A stretch of DNA of 64,000 bases, from contig CAXRDE010000005.1 of the NCBI GenBank assembly GCA_964229355.1, positions 165,131-229,130 of the forward strand, given 5' to 3'. Both the position numbers and the translations under genes were made by a program. How positions within the stretch are numbered: position 1 is the stretch's first letter; the number at the start of each line of letters is the position of its first letter. The notes under the pieces were generated by a model. It was not told the origin of the DNA, did no database searches, and saw only the letters and a list, made by a program, of their open reading frames with translations. This document shows positions 38,445 to 47,250 of the stretch, piece after piece. Source of the DNA: Candidatus Sericytochromatia bacterium (GTDB taxonomy: Bacteria; Cyanobacteriota; Sericytochromatia; UBA7694).

Positions 38445-40412
38445 ATGTACCAGCATGACTCGTCCCTGGACGACTTGTTGCGTCGGCCCATGCTAATGGC
38501 CACAAACGACGACGAATACGAGTACGAATACGAAGATGATGAGTTTGATGACGAAGAGGATGATCTCTTCGGTTCAGACGTTTTGGCGGCTGCACAAGCC
38601 GAAAAAGAAGCTGAAGAACAGGCCGCAGAAGCTTTTGCAGCATCTCTGTTGGGAGGACATCCCGAAAATGAGGTTGTTGAAGAAGAAGCTGCCCCTGAAC
38701 CACCCCCTGAACAAAGCAAACTTTTCTTAAGAAGCGGTGTTCGCCGCAACTTTTTAGGTTATGGTGCCGTTATTTTAGCGGGCTTTGGTCTGCTCCTTCT
38801 ACTGGTGCTCTTCGCCGTGCGCGCAGGACTCAGCTCTGTCATGATGCTTTTCACTCTGGGCCTAGTGGTCGGCCTGGTTCTCTCTGTTTATCAATTGGTC
38901 TTCATCTATAACAACTTCGATCAGTTCACCGTGAGCCTCAATGTTCGCCGCTTTTTCCGCTTCTTTCCCGAATTGGTCGTGGTGTCTCTTGTACTGCTCG
39001 GTCTGGGCTTTTGGAATATCTCAGGTATGGCGAATGGCACCCCCTTTACCTTATCTGGCAAACCTTTAAACGCCCCCCAAACCGCTTCTCTGTTTGAAGA
39101 GAACCAGGAGGAGACCGTATACTCTTCTTTTAAAACTGCACAATTAAACAAAGAAGAGGCCCTGAATACGCTGGGCGGTTCTGTGGCTGCTGCCGGTGCT
39201 CAAAATGGTAAAGCCCCCGGTGAATATGTGGAGCAACCTGTGGCGGGCGCAGCCGTCGCCGGTCTTGTAAAAGACCTGCCAGCCGATGCCATTCCTAACG
39301 TCCCCACCGAAAACACCGGCGAAAGCCCTCTGCGCAACGATGATCCTTTGATCAACAGTGTATTTTTAGGAGGAGCACTCTGTGCTGCCCTGGGCTATGC
39401 GTTCGTGCTGGGATTGGCGGGTATGATTTTTGGTCTTATCCGTTCTTTTGACACACCCTTTTCTGAAACCAAGCAAGAGATTTTCAACATTGAAACCGGT
39501 GAAGTGACCACAAACACCCAACCTAAAGCCCCTATTATGAAGCCCCTGGATTACATCTACCGGGGATTCATTGGACTGGGTTATGGTGCGTCCCTGGGCT
39601 TTTTGCTGGGCGCAGCGGTTATTTTACCCTTAAACCTGCTTTTCAAAGGTCTGCTGGCAAACGACAATGTTCGTCCCCTGTTGCAAACCTTTGGTCTGTC
39701 TAATGTTCCTGATATGGCCTTTAGTAACGGTTTAACCCTGGCGGCAATTATGGTTCCCCTGGTGTTACTCGTGGTGGCTAAAATGTCTCCTCAAGGTAAG
39801 TCCATGAGCGAGTCCGTCATTTTGGATCAGTATGTTATTAAGCCTACAGGACGTTTTGTAGCCCCCGATCAACTGGTGGGAGGCAACCTGCCGAATCCAG
39901 CCATCGTGAACTTCGGTGGTGCAGGTATGTTAATTCCTGACGATGAGTTAGAAACCGAGCTAGCCAACGATCGCCTGATGGACGAACTGGCCATGGAAGA
40001 TGACAACCTCACTTCAGAAATTATTGAGGAGTTTGGACGCGACTTTGAAAGTGTCTTTGGCATCGATACCCGTGAGCTGATTACACAGCCCAAGGGACGT
40101 CAGAGCAGCTTCGTGGATCGCAAGCAGCTTTCTACCGCCCTGGACGAGTCCTTCGGCGAATTGGGCAATGTCCCTGTAGAAGTCTCTGCAGAACTGGGCC
40201 AGGCTACCCTGGATATTACCGAGTGGCTCAACCTCAAAGAAGGAACCCTCGTTTTGCTGGATAAGCCCGCAGACGAAGAAATCGATATCCTGTTCAACGG
40301 GGTTCGCAAAGGCAAAGGTCAACTGATTGTGTCAGAAGACGCATTGGCTGTCCAAGTATCTAACACCAACTTTCAGCGCCAGAACGGCAATGGAAGTGGA
40401 GCAATTATTTAG
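38445..40412 (+). CDS. Polytopic membrane protein with C-terminal FliN/SpoA (surface presentation of antigens) domain, 655 aa
   Basis: Acidic N-terminus (DDEYEYEYEDDEFDDEEDD). At least 6 hydrophobic helices. C-terminal FliN-type domain (VEVSAELGQATLDITEWLNLKEGTLVLLDKPADEEIDILFNGVRKGKGQLIVSEDALAVQV). Good RBS. Confidence 0.75.
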   Translation: MYQHDSSLDDLLRRPMLMATNDDEYEYEYEDDEFDDEEDDLFGSDVLAAAQAEKEAEEQAAEAFAASLLGGHPENEVVEEEAAPEPPPEQSKLFLRSGVRRNFLGYGAVILAGFGLLLLLVLFAVRAGLSSVMMLFTLGLVVGLVLSVYQLVFIYNNFDQFTVSLNVRRFFRFFPELVVVSLVLLGLGFWNISGMANGTPFTLSGKPLNAPQTASLFEENQEETVYSSFKTAQLNKEEALNTLGGSVAAAGAQNGKAPGEYVEQPVAGAAVAGLVKDLPADAIPNVPTENTGESPLRNDDPLINSVFLGGALCAALGYAFVLGLAGMIFGLIRSFDTPFSETKQEIFNIETGEVTTNTQPKAPIMKPLDYIYRGFIGLGYGASLGFLLGAAVILPLNLLFKGLLANDNVRPLLQTFGLSNVPDMAFSNGLTLAAIMVPLVLLVVAKMSPQGKSMSESVILDQYVIKPTGRFVAPDQLVGGNLPNPAIVNFGGAGMLIPDDELETELANDRLMDELAMEDDNLTSEIIEEFGRDFESVFGIDTRELITQPKGRQSSFVDRKQLSTALDESFGELGNVPVEVSAELGQATLDITEWLNLKEGTLVLLDKPADEEIDILFNGVRKGKGQLIVSEDALAVQVSNTNFQRQNGNGSGAII

Positions 40413-40446
40413 TATCGCGTGATCCATTAAGAGGAGGCATTCACCC

Positions 40447-40863
40447 GTGGGAGATTTACAAACCCCTAAAGCCAGCCGCAAAATGACGGTTAGCCCTGTA
40501 AAATTTGCCCCGCTTGTGCGGGACTTACCAACGTCAGCTGTAACCGGCGTTCTGGGTAATCTAGAACTGGTTAAAGACGTTAAGATGGACGTGACCGTAG
40601 AACTCGGCCGCACCAACTTACCTTTAAAAGAAGTTCTTCAGCTCGAAGACGCTTCTGTTATTAAACTGGATCGTCTGGCCGGAGAGCCCGTTGATCTTCT
40701 CGTCAATGGCCGTCTGATTGCACAGGGTGAGGTCGTGGTTATTGGTAATAATTTCGGCGTCAAAATCACCCGCGTCCATAAACCCCAGGGCGCTCAAGCT
40801 GCCGGGGCAGGAATGGGCGATGATATGATGATGGACGCCGGCTTTGACGACGGCGGCTATTAA
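40447..40863 (+). CDS. fliN: Flagellar motor switch protein FliN
   Basis: GTG start with GAGGAGG RBS. VTVELGRTNLPLKEVLQLEDASVIKLDRLAGEPVDLLVNGRLIAQGEVVVIGNNFGVKITRV is canonical FliN/SpoA. Confidence 0.85.
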   Translation: MGDLQTPKASRKMTVSPVKFAPLVRDLPTSAVTGVLGNLELVKDVKMDVTVELGRTNLPLKEVLQLEDASVIKLDRLAGEPVDLLVNGRLIAQGEVVVIGNNFGVKITRVHKPQGAQAAGAGMGDDMMMDAGFDDGGY

Positions 40864-40871
40864 CGCCTGAA

Positions 40872-41276
40872 ATGGAACCTTTTCAATTTGACTACCTGGG
40901 CTATATGAAAAATATGGTCTTCCTGATTATTTTGATGGGAGTCCTGGCCTATGTTCTCGTAAAATTGAAAACCCGTGATGGCATTTCTGGGAGTAATCCA
41001 CTTTCTCTTGGATTGCGCAACCTCTTCGCTGCACCCACCCAGCGGAGCCAGACCAACCACATTGAGGTGCTTGAAAAAAAGTCTCTTGAACCTCGCAAAA
41101 ACATTTATCTGATAAGGATATTTGGAGAACAGTATTGGTTGGTGGGTACCACTGATACACACATCGAATCACTGGCACAGCTCAAGGCCCCGGGACATCA
41201 CCCAGAAACCCTGAGCCAAACCCAAGAACAAGCAAACGCGTTTGCGGATTATTTGACACAAAATGAAGCATCTTAA
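40872..41276 (+). CDS. fliO: Flagellar biosynthesis protein FliO-like
   Basis: Single N-terminal TM helix (VFLIILMGVLAYVLVKL), then a segment resembling the FliO consensus (IEVLEKKSLEPRKNIYLIRIFGEQYWLVGTTDTHIESLAQL). Position between fliN and fliP. Confidence 0.6.
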   Translation: MEPFQFDYLGYMKNMVFLIILMGVLAYVLVKLKTRDGISGSNPLSLGLRNLFAAPTQRSQTNHIEVLEKKSLEPRKNIYLIRIFGEQYWLVGTTDTHIESLAQLKAPGHHPETLSQTQEQANAFADYLTQNEAS

Positions 41277-42084
41277 ATGGATTAAAATCAGCACCCTTGT
41301 AGCAGTGTTTGCACTGCTACTTTGGGGTGCTATCGACGTTATGCCTGCACTGGCGCAAAGTACAGCTGGGCCCTTACCCACGACACCGGTTCCGCCGATT
41401 AACCCCACGGGCCTTCTGGATACGATTGATTTGCGCGAGCCTTTAAAACTCAATGAACTGGGATCTCCCTTACAGCTCATTGTCTTTATGGCCATGTTAA
41501 CGGTTTTGCCTTTTCTCTTTATCATGACCACGTCTTTTATCCGCACGGTGATTGTTTTGAGTTTTTTGAGAACCGCCATGGGGACCCAAACCAACCCCCC
41601 AAACCAGGTGGTCGTAGGTGTCGCCATTTTCTTAACCCTGTACACCATGTCACCGGTGTGGGATAAGATCAACAATGACGCGATTGTGCCCTACTTAGAC
41701 AATAAAATCACTCAATCCGTGGCCGTTGAGCGGGCCATTACCCCGCTAAAGACCTTTATGCTCAAACACACCAGCAAGCAAGAATTGGGCTTTTTTATTC
41801 GCCTGGCGAACCAAAAGCAGCCCCAACGGCCTTCAGACGTTCCCTTGCAAGTGGTGGTTCCCGCGTTTATGGTGTCAGAGTTAACCACAGGCTTTAAAAT
41901 GGGCTTCGTGCTCTTTTTACCTTTCTTGATTATTGACCTTGTGGTCGCCAACACCCTCCTGGCGCTGGGGATGATGATGTTGTCTCCTGTTACCATTTCA
42001 TTGCCCTTTAAAATTCTGGTATTTACCCTGGCAGACGGATGGTTCTTGATTCTTCAGGCCATTGTCACCAGTTTCAGGATATAA
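41263..42084 (+). CDS. fliP: Flagellar export apparatus protein FliP
   Basis: Signal peptide plus canonical FliP/SctR core (LQLIVFMAMLTVLPFLFIMTTSFIRTVIVLSFLRTAMGTQ...PAFMVSELTTGFKMGFVLFLPFLIIDLVVAN). Confidence 0.95.
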   Translation: MKHLKWIKISTLVAVFALLLWGAIDVMPALAQSTAGPLPTTPVPPINPTGLLDTIDLREPLKLNELGSPLQLIVFMAMLTVLPFLFIMTTSFIRTVIVLSFLRTAMGTQTNPPNQVVVGVAIFLTLYTMSPVWDKINNDAIVPYLDNKITQSVAVERAITPLKTFMLKHTSKQELGFFIRLANQKQPQRPSDVPLQVVVPAFMVSELTTGFKMGFVLFLPFLIIDLVVANTLLALGMMMLSPVTISLPFKILVFTLADGWFLILQAIVTSFRI

Positions 42085-42087
42085 GCT

Positions 42088-42360
42088 ATGTCACAATCCC
42101 TTATCCTCACCCTGGGCCAAGAAGCGGTCACCTTAATTGTACTGATGTCTTTACCCATGATTTTAACGGCCATGTTGGTGGGTCTGACGGTCAGTATTTT
42201 ACAAGCCGTTACCCAGGTTCAAGAACAGACCCTCAGCTTTGTACCCAAAACCATCTGCGTATTTACCATGCTGCTCCTGGTTAGCCCCTGGCACCTGACA
42301 ACCCTGGATCAGTATATGCGACATCTGTTAAATAATTTACCCGCCTATTTGGGGCGCTAA
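42088..42360 (+). CDS. fliQ: Flagellar export apparatus protein FliQ
   Basis: 90 aa, two TM helices, conserved LVGLTVSILQAVTQVQEQTLSFVPK. Confidence 0.9.
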   Translation: MSQSLILTLGQEAVTLIVLMSLPMILTAMLVGLTVSILQAVTQVQEQTLSFVPKTICVFTMLLLVSPWHLTTLDQYMRHLLNNLPAYLGR

Positions 42361-42363
42361 TTC

Positions 42364-43314
42364 GTGGATAATATCGTACTCTCTCTGGCGCATTATGTGC
42401 CAATCTTCATGTTGGTGGTGGCGCGCACCATGGCGCTCACGATACAGGCTCCCTATTTAGGCACCCAGACCGTTCCCGGCATGGTGAGAGTTGCAATTGC
42501 CTTATCGCTTTCCTTTTTCTACTTACTGGGCAACCCCAATCTGCCGACCGAATTACCAGCAACCCTCTTGCCTTATATTCTTTTATTGATTCAAGAATTT
42601 TTGGTGGGGATGTTGTTTGGCTTTTGTGCCAATATTATTTTGCTCGCTATTCAAGCGGGGGGCGAAATCATCGACGTGCAAGTGGGCTTAAGTATGGTGT
42701 CGCAATTTAACCCGCAAACCAAAGCCCAAACCACCGTTATCGGTAAACTCATGTATCAGCTGGCCCTGATCGTTTTGATTTCTTCGTATGCCCACCTCTT
42801 TATGCTGCGGGCTTATTTCAAAACCTTTGAAATTATGCCCATTGGTACCTTTTCCTTTGCCTCCAATATGGCCGTGGCAGAATTGGTTAAAATTACCTCT
42901 CAGCTCTTTGATCTGGGGGTACAAATTGCCCTGCCCATTATTATCGTTATCTTTGTAGTGGACTTTGGACTGGGGATGATGAACCGTGTTGCCCCCCAGA
43001 TCAACATTCTGGAACTCAACTTCGCCATGAAGCCCACTACCGGAGCCATGCTCCTTACCGTTATTTTTGCCACCCTGTTATCGGTCATGGAAGATTTTTC
43101 CTACCGCATGTCTGCCAACGCCCAAAATGCAGTAACCGCTGCGGCAGAAGGTATCCGATACCGCCAACAGAACGAAAACGCCCGCTTCCAAGCCCAGCTT
43201 GAGAACGAAGGGGTGCCCGAAGATTTTATTATTTTCAAAGGATTGCCCGATCGCGGTCCAGTAACTCCCCCGGCAGGCACCCTTGAGCCCATGGCTCCGG
43301 GCCTTGATGAGTAA
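42364..43314 (+). CDS. fliR: Flagellar export apparatus protein FliR (with ~55-aa C-terminal extension)
   Basis: GTG start. Six TM helices with FliR/SctT motifs (LLIQEFLVGMLFGF, AGGEIIDVQVGLSMVSQFNP). 316 aa versus ~260 typical. Confidence 0.9.
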   Translation: MDNIVLSLAHYVPIFMLVVARTMALTIQAPYLGTQTVPGMVRVAIALSLSFFYLLGNPNLPTELPATLLPYILLLIQEFLVGMLFGFCANIILLAIQAGGEIIDVQVGLSMVSQFNPQTKAQTTVIGKLMYQLALIVLISSYAHLFMLRAYFKTFEIMPIGTFSFASNMAVAELVKITSQLFDLGVQIALPIIIVIFVVDFGLGMMNRVAPQINILELNFAMKPTTGAMLLTVIFATLLSVMEDFSYRMSANAQNAVTAAAEGIRYRQQNENARFQAQLENEGVPEDFIIFKGLPDRGPVTPPAGTLEPMAPGLDE

Positions 43315-43581
43315 ATGCGCTACCGCTTACCCGATGACCAATATCCTCAAAATCGTTTTAGCAAAGCCAAGTTGATGGGCTCAAAATGGACAGCCTTGCC
43401 CTTGCAGCAGCAAAAGTCAGGGGTCCCCTATAAACATTTTTTGGTATTGGGATGGCTTGAGCGCCAGCTGGGCAAGCCACAAGAGATACTTGAACTCGAA
43501 GCAGTGCTTACCCGAGAAGTGTATGAAATTCCCTATCAGGCTTTAAAAAACGCTGAGCACTGGAAAATGGGCTGGCACTAA
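43315..43581 (+). CDS. Tryptophan-rich small protein (TIGR02450-like)
   Basis: LMGSKWTALPLQQQKSGVPYKHFLVLGWLE...LELEAVLTREVYEIPYQALKNAEHWKMGWH follows the SKWTA...KHFLV...LEAVLS...W..GW pattern of the Trp-rich hypothetical family. Start abuts the fliR stop (TAAATG). Confidence 0.5.
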   Translation: MRYRLPDDQYPQNRFSKAKLMGSKWTALPLQQQKSGVPYKHFLVLGWLERQLGKPQEILELEAVLTREVYEIPYQALKNAEHWKMGWH

Positions 43582-43618
43582 GACGCAGCATAAGCCTCAC
43601 TCACCTGAAAATAGACGT

Positions 43619-43645
43619 AAAAAAACCTCCGAGTATTCGGAGGTC
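43619..43645 (-). terminator. Rho-independent terminator downstream of minus-strand tRNA-Leu
   Basis: Minus strand reads cctccgaatactcggagg then ttttttt. 7-bp stem plus T-run 20 nt 3' of the tRNA. Confidence 0.5.
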
Positions 43646-43667
43646 AAGGGGGGGAATTTAATACAAG

Positions 43668-43752
43668 TGCCGTAGGAGGGACTTGAACCCTCACGTTCGC
43701 AATGAACACTAGAACCTGAATCTAGCGCGTCTGCCAATTCCGCCACCACGGC
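43668..43752 (-). tRNA. tRNA-Leu (anticodon CAG)
   Basis: Reverse complement GCCGTGGTGGCGGAATTGGCAGACGCGCTAGATTCAGGTTCTAGTGTTCATTGCGAACGTGAGGGTTCAAGTCCCTCCTACGGCA. Class II long variable arm, anticodon loop TT-CAG-GT, T-loop GGTTCAAGTCC. Confidence 0.85.
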
Positions 43753-43882
43753 AGCTGAAAGCAGTATATCAGGAGTATTTCTACAGTGTAAATCCTATAG
43801 AAATCCTTTTTTAGCATTTTTTTAATTTTGCTTTTGCAATTTTTTGAAACACAATGCTTACAATGCCTTTGGAGGTTTGCTC

Positions 43883-44896
43883 ATGTGCCCCTTATTCTGT
43901 CCCCCCGCCCTGGGTCGGGTCTTTTATCCTTTGCTCCCAGGTTTATTGGCTCCCCGGGCCTTGTCTGTTCGCTTAGACATCTATAACACCTACAGTACCC
44001 CCCATTGCCTTGTGGTCAAAGGCAGAGCCCTGGAACGCAAATCCACGGACGTGCCCCTCACCATTGCGGACAGTTGGTGGACCAACCTGAAGCGCACCTG
44101 GCACGCCCTGGAAAGCGACGAAATCACAGATCTGGATCTCTTAATCACTTGCGAAGGCATGGAAACCGCCGTCACCACGGACAGTGAAGGGCTCTTTCGC
44201 GCAGAAATCAAACCCCACACGCCCCTCTCTCCGGGATGTTACCCGGTTTCGGTTCGTTTACGCCCGCCGAGTTTTCACCAGAGCAGCGCTGCTGAAGGAC
44301 ACATTTTCGTATACCCCGTAGACGAAACAACCTGGGGCGTCGTTTCTGATATTGACGATACCATTCTAGAAACCCAGGTGACCCGCAGACGCAACATGCT
44401 CAAAGGTCTCTTGTTCAGTAACGGTTTGACGGCCCGACCTATTCCGGGCATGGCGGCGGTTTATCAGGCCCTGGCTCAGCAAGGCTTCGGTTTTCACTAT
44501 CTCTCCGGGAGCCCTATCAATTTGCATCAACGTCTTCGCGCCTTTTTAAAGCATCAAGCCTTCCCTGACGGGTCCATGGATCTTCGACACTGGGGTTTAG
44601 GACCTGACACGGACGCGATTCTCTCTTCAAGCACTTATAAACTCAAGCGCTTACAAAAACTATTTCAGTGTTTTCCCCACCGTCAATTTTTATTGATCGG
44701 TGATAGCGGAGAAAAGGACAGCGAGATTTATCTCACACTACAACAGGCCTTCCCTCGTCAGGTTCTGGGTATCGCCATTCACTGGGTCGGAGATCTCGCA
44801 CCGCCCCAAAACACAGAGATCTTTTATTTCCGCCAGGCAGCTGAGCTACAAGACTTTATCAAAACCCTGAACATCCGCCAAAAGCACCCGGCTTAA
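43883..44896 (+). CDS. App1-like (DUF2183) putative lipid phosphate phosphatase
   Basis: WGVVSDIDDTILETQV (DIDDT motif of the App1 phosphatidate phosphatase family), LIGDSGEKDSEIY. Start set at ATG 43883 with GGAGG RBS rather than ORF-track 43844. Confidence 0.55.
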   Translation: MCPLFCPPALGRVFYPLLPGLLAPRALSVRLDIYNTYSTPHCLVVKGRALERKSTDVPLTIADSWWTNLKRTWHALESDEITDLDLLITCEGMETAVTTDSEGLFRAEIKPHTPLSPGCYPVSVRLRPPSFHQSSAAEGHIFVYPVDETTWGVVSDIDDTILETQVTRRRNMLKGLLFSNGLTARPIPGMAAVYQALAQQGFGFHYLSGSPINLHQRLRAFLKHQAFPDGSMDLRHWGLGPDTDAILSSSTYKLKRLQKLFQCFPHRQFLLIGDSGEKDSEIYLTLQQAFPRQVLGIAIHWVGDLAPPQNTEIFYFRQAAELQDFIKTLNIRQKHPA

Positions 44897-44902
44897 CCGA
44901 TA

Positions 44903-45688
44903 CTAAGGCTTAACGTAAGGCCGCAGAAGATCGGTCACTGAATTCTTTTGTTGCTGGTACTCCGCATCGCAGTTACGGCCACTCACCACCGTTTCACGAT
45001 ACAGAGCGGCAATCGTACGGTTGTTTAAGACCCCTGCTTCCCCGCCAGCTCCCCAACACACCAGGTTAAACATACGTTGAGGACCCACTGCGTGTTCATC
45101 AGCCCAGCTATTTGACAAACCCGAGCGGTAAAGATCAAAGAAATTAATGCCGGCCAAAATCGCGGCCCGAGATGGCGCTCCCCCTTCAATCAGCAAAACC
45201 GTTGCCAGGGCATCAGCAGCATCCTCTTCGCCCCCCAAAATGGGCAAGTCAAACTGATCAATAAGCGCATGGCCCAGTTCATGCAGAAAAATAAAGCGAA
45301 AAACCTCAAGAGCGTCCTGGGCACTGAATTTTTCTTGCAAGCTGCGGTACATTTCGTAACATAAGCCAATGGTCGAAGTGCCCGGACGATAATAGGCATT
45401 GGCAAAGCCGCAGTCTTCAAAAACCAGATTCACATCACCTTTGGGCAAGATGTACTGGGCGTTCAAGGCCTGAGCCAGGGTTTTACCCATGGTTTCGAGT
45501 TCAAAAGTCATTTCGGCTCCAAATTGAGACGGCTGCATTTGCACGCGAAAGCTCCCCGTATCTTGCAAGGCCAACACCCGACGCCCGGTGGTGGCATCAA
45601 ATTGTGCAGGCAAAAGGTTTTGACAAGCCGTTAGCGTCATCCATCCCCCACCCAGGCAGAAAAGGAAAATTAACTTGAATATACGCAC
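44903..45688 (-). CDS. Putative lipoprotein metallopeptidase (DUF4344-like, HExxH)
   Basis: GTG start with AAGAAAGGG RBS, then lipoprotein signal VRIFKLIFLFCLGGGWMTLTAC. FLHELGHALIDQFDLPILGGEEDAADALATVLLI matches the DUF4344 putative-peptidase signature. The first ~187 aa of ORF-track 44903..46201 overlap the neighbouring membrane-protein gene and were rejected as an artefact. Confidence 0.55.
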   Translation of the reverse strand: MRIFKLIFLFCLGGGWMTLTACQNLLPAQFDATTGRRVLALQDTGSFRVQMQPSQFGAEMTFELETMGKTLAQALNAQYILPKGDVNLVFEDCGFANAYYRPGTSTIGLCYEMYRSLQEKFSAQDALEVFRFIFLHELGHALIDQFDLPILGGEEDAADALATVLLIEGGAPSRAAILAGINFFDLYRSGLSNSWADEHAVGPQRMFNLVCWGAGGEAGVLNNRTIAALYRETVVSGRNCDAEYQQQKNSVTDLLRPYVKP

Positions 45689-45702
45689 TGAATGACCCTT
45701 TC

Positions 45703-46593
45703 TTACAGATAGATTTCGGCGTGGGGCTGCACAGTCCAGACCCACAGCATGGCTAAACTTAAGCATAACCCTGTCACCAGGGCTACCGTCAAGTATCGAG
45801 AAAACCCTTTTAAGGCAGTAACCGGAGGCAGGTAAAGCACAAGCGGTGCCAAAAGGGCTGTCCAAGCCAGCCAGGCCACCGGCGACAGACTGGCAAATAG
45901 GGTCACATTGATCCAGAGCATGGCCAAAAGCCAAACCTGTGAGCACACCAGTCCGGTAGAAAGCGCGGGGTGTTCCCGGAAATGACGGGTTTGAAAAATA
46001 AGTGCTGTGACCCCCTGAATTCCCGCCAGAGAAAAAGCGGCCTGGGCATATACTGCGCTGCTTCCCATTAAAAAGAGAACCCCACTGCCCACACTCATCA
46101 GTCCCATCACCAGGGGCCAGACTCCGGCATGGGCAGATACCCGCGCAGACGCAAAGGCGACTCCCACGAGCAGGGGCAGGCTTATTAACACACAGCCCCA
46201 TAACCCGATATAGAGCACTGCCGTCGACGTATCTTGCCAGGCATATTGACGCAAAGGTGCGCTGAGAAGAAACACGTAGATTAAGCTAAGCCCTAATCCA
46301 GCCATAAGACGTCCTGCGGAAAACAAACCCTGGCGAGAGTGAGGAGCAAAGAGAGCCAGCAAAGGCAGCGCATAAATCCACCAGGCCGAGGGATCGGTAG
46401 GTGGGAAACCCGGAAAGGCCCTTTGATACAGCAACATATCTCCACACCAAAAGCCAAGCAAGGCGGCCAGTCGCAGGCATACAACAGGCTCCAGAAAGCG
46501 CAGCAGTAAAAAATAACAAAGGCCACAGCTTATCAGGGTGCCGCCAAAAGGCAGGAACAGTGGATAAACCGTGGCCATTGCTTCAAAGCGCAA
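45703..46593 (-). CDS. Polytopic integral membrane protein, hypothetical (~8 TM)
   Basis: 296 aa, almost entirely hydrophobic helices. 15 nt upstream of the DUF4344 gene on the same strand. Confidence 0.5.
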   Translation of the reverse strand: MRFEAMATVYPLFLPFGGTLISCGLCYFLLLRFLEPVVCLRLAALLGFWCGDMLLYQRAFPGFPPTDPSAWWIYALPLLALFAPHSRQGLFSAGRLMAGLGLSLIYVFLLSAPLRQYAWQDTSTAVLYIGLWGCVLISLPLLVGVAFASARVSAHAGVWPLVMGLMSVGSGVLFLMGSSAVYAQAAFSLAGIQGVTALIFQTRHFREHPALSTGLVCSQVWLLAMLWINVTLFASLSPVAWLAWTALLAPLVLYLPPVTALKGFSRYLTVALVTGLCLSLAMLWVWTVQPHAEIYL

Positions 46594-46598
46594 AAAGC

Positions 46599-47183
46599 TT
46601 ATTGCTTAACGCCTTCAAAGGCCAACATAATATCTACCCGATCGCTTAAACCGTTGGGCAGCATATATTTCATGCCAAAATCGCTGCGATTAATGGTGAG
46701 TGTGGCTTCACCCCCCAGGCGGTATTCGCCCTGCATGCCTTTGCCTTCACCGGTCTTTGTGAACTTGAACTTAACGGGCTTGGTCACGCCATGCAAAGTC
46801 AAATTGCCCAATACTTCATAGGTGGTGGCAGAAAGTTTTTTCACCTGGGTACTTTTAAAGGTCAAGGTGGGGTATTTGGTGGCATCAAAAAAGTCAGGAC
46901 TTTTTAAGTGCTCATCACGCTTGGGATGATTAGAGTCAATACTTGCGGTGGGGATTACCACTTCGACTTTGCTATTGGCAGGGGTTTTATCGTCGACCAC
47001 CACCATGCCTTTCATATCTTTAAAGCGGCCATATTGATAACCCACATTGAGATGTTTAATTTTATACAACGCGTGGGAGTGTACTGCGTCAATTTCATAG
47101 GTGTCTGCGGCAAAAGCTGCGGCAGGAGAGAGAACGGCTGCCAACATAGCGGTTTGCAAAAAGGTTTTGATTTGTTTTTTCAT
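46599..47183 (-). CDS. YceI-family periplasmic protein
   Basis: Start at MKKQIKTF (AGGAGA RBS) with signal peptide. YEIDAVHSHALYKIKHLNVGYQYGRFKD...TLHGVTKPVKFKF is typical YceI. Upstream ORF-track extension rejected. Confidence 0.8.
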   Translation of the reverse strand: MKKQIKTFLQTAMLAAVLSPAAAFAADTYEIDAVHSHALYKIKHLNVGYQYGRFKDMKGMVVVDDKTPANSKVEVVIPTASIDSNHPKRDEHLKSPDFFDATKYPTLTFKSTQVKKLSATTYEVLGNLTLHGVTKPVKFKFTKTGEGKGMQGEYRLGGEATLTINRSDFGMKYMLPNGLSDRVDIMLAFEGVKQ

Positions 47184-47250
47184 AAAGAGAATCTCCTGGT
47201 TATTTATTTTAACATCAAAATAATTCAACATTCTTACTATCATACGCGCT

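Noticed and set aside
37521-43314. Interpretation as a non-flagellar type III secretion injectisome (SctQRST)
   Set aside because: A FliO-like protein, a separate short FliN in addition to the FliM-like protein, CheY-binding-like N-terminal peptides and a FliA-type sigma factor nearby favour a flagellar-type apparatus. No secretin, needle, translocon or SctN/SctV genes are in the window. Retained only as a minor alternative.
45641-46201. ORF-track start of the DUF4344 gene at 46201 (432 aa)
   Set aside because: The first ~187 codons overlap the clearly coding polytopic membrane protein gene (45703-46593) in another frame and have Cys/Gly/Arg-rich, non-protein-like composition. A GTG with a good RBS and a lipoprotein signal peptide at 45688 gives a coherent 261-aa protein.
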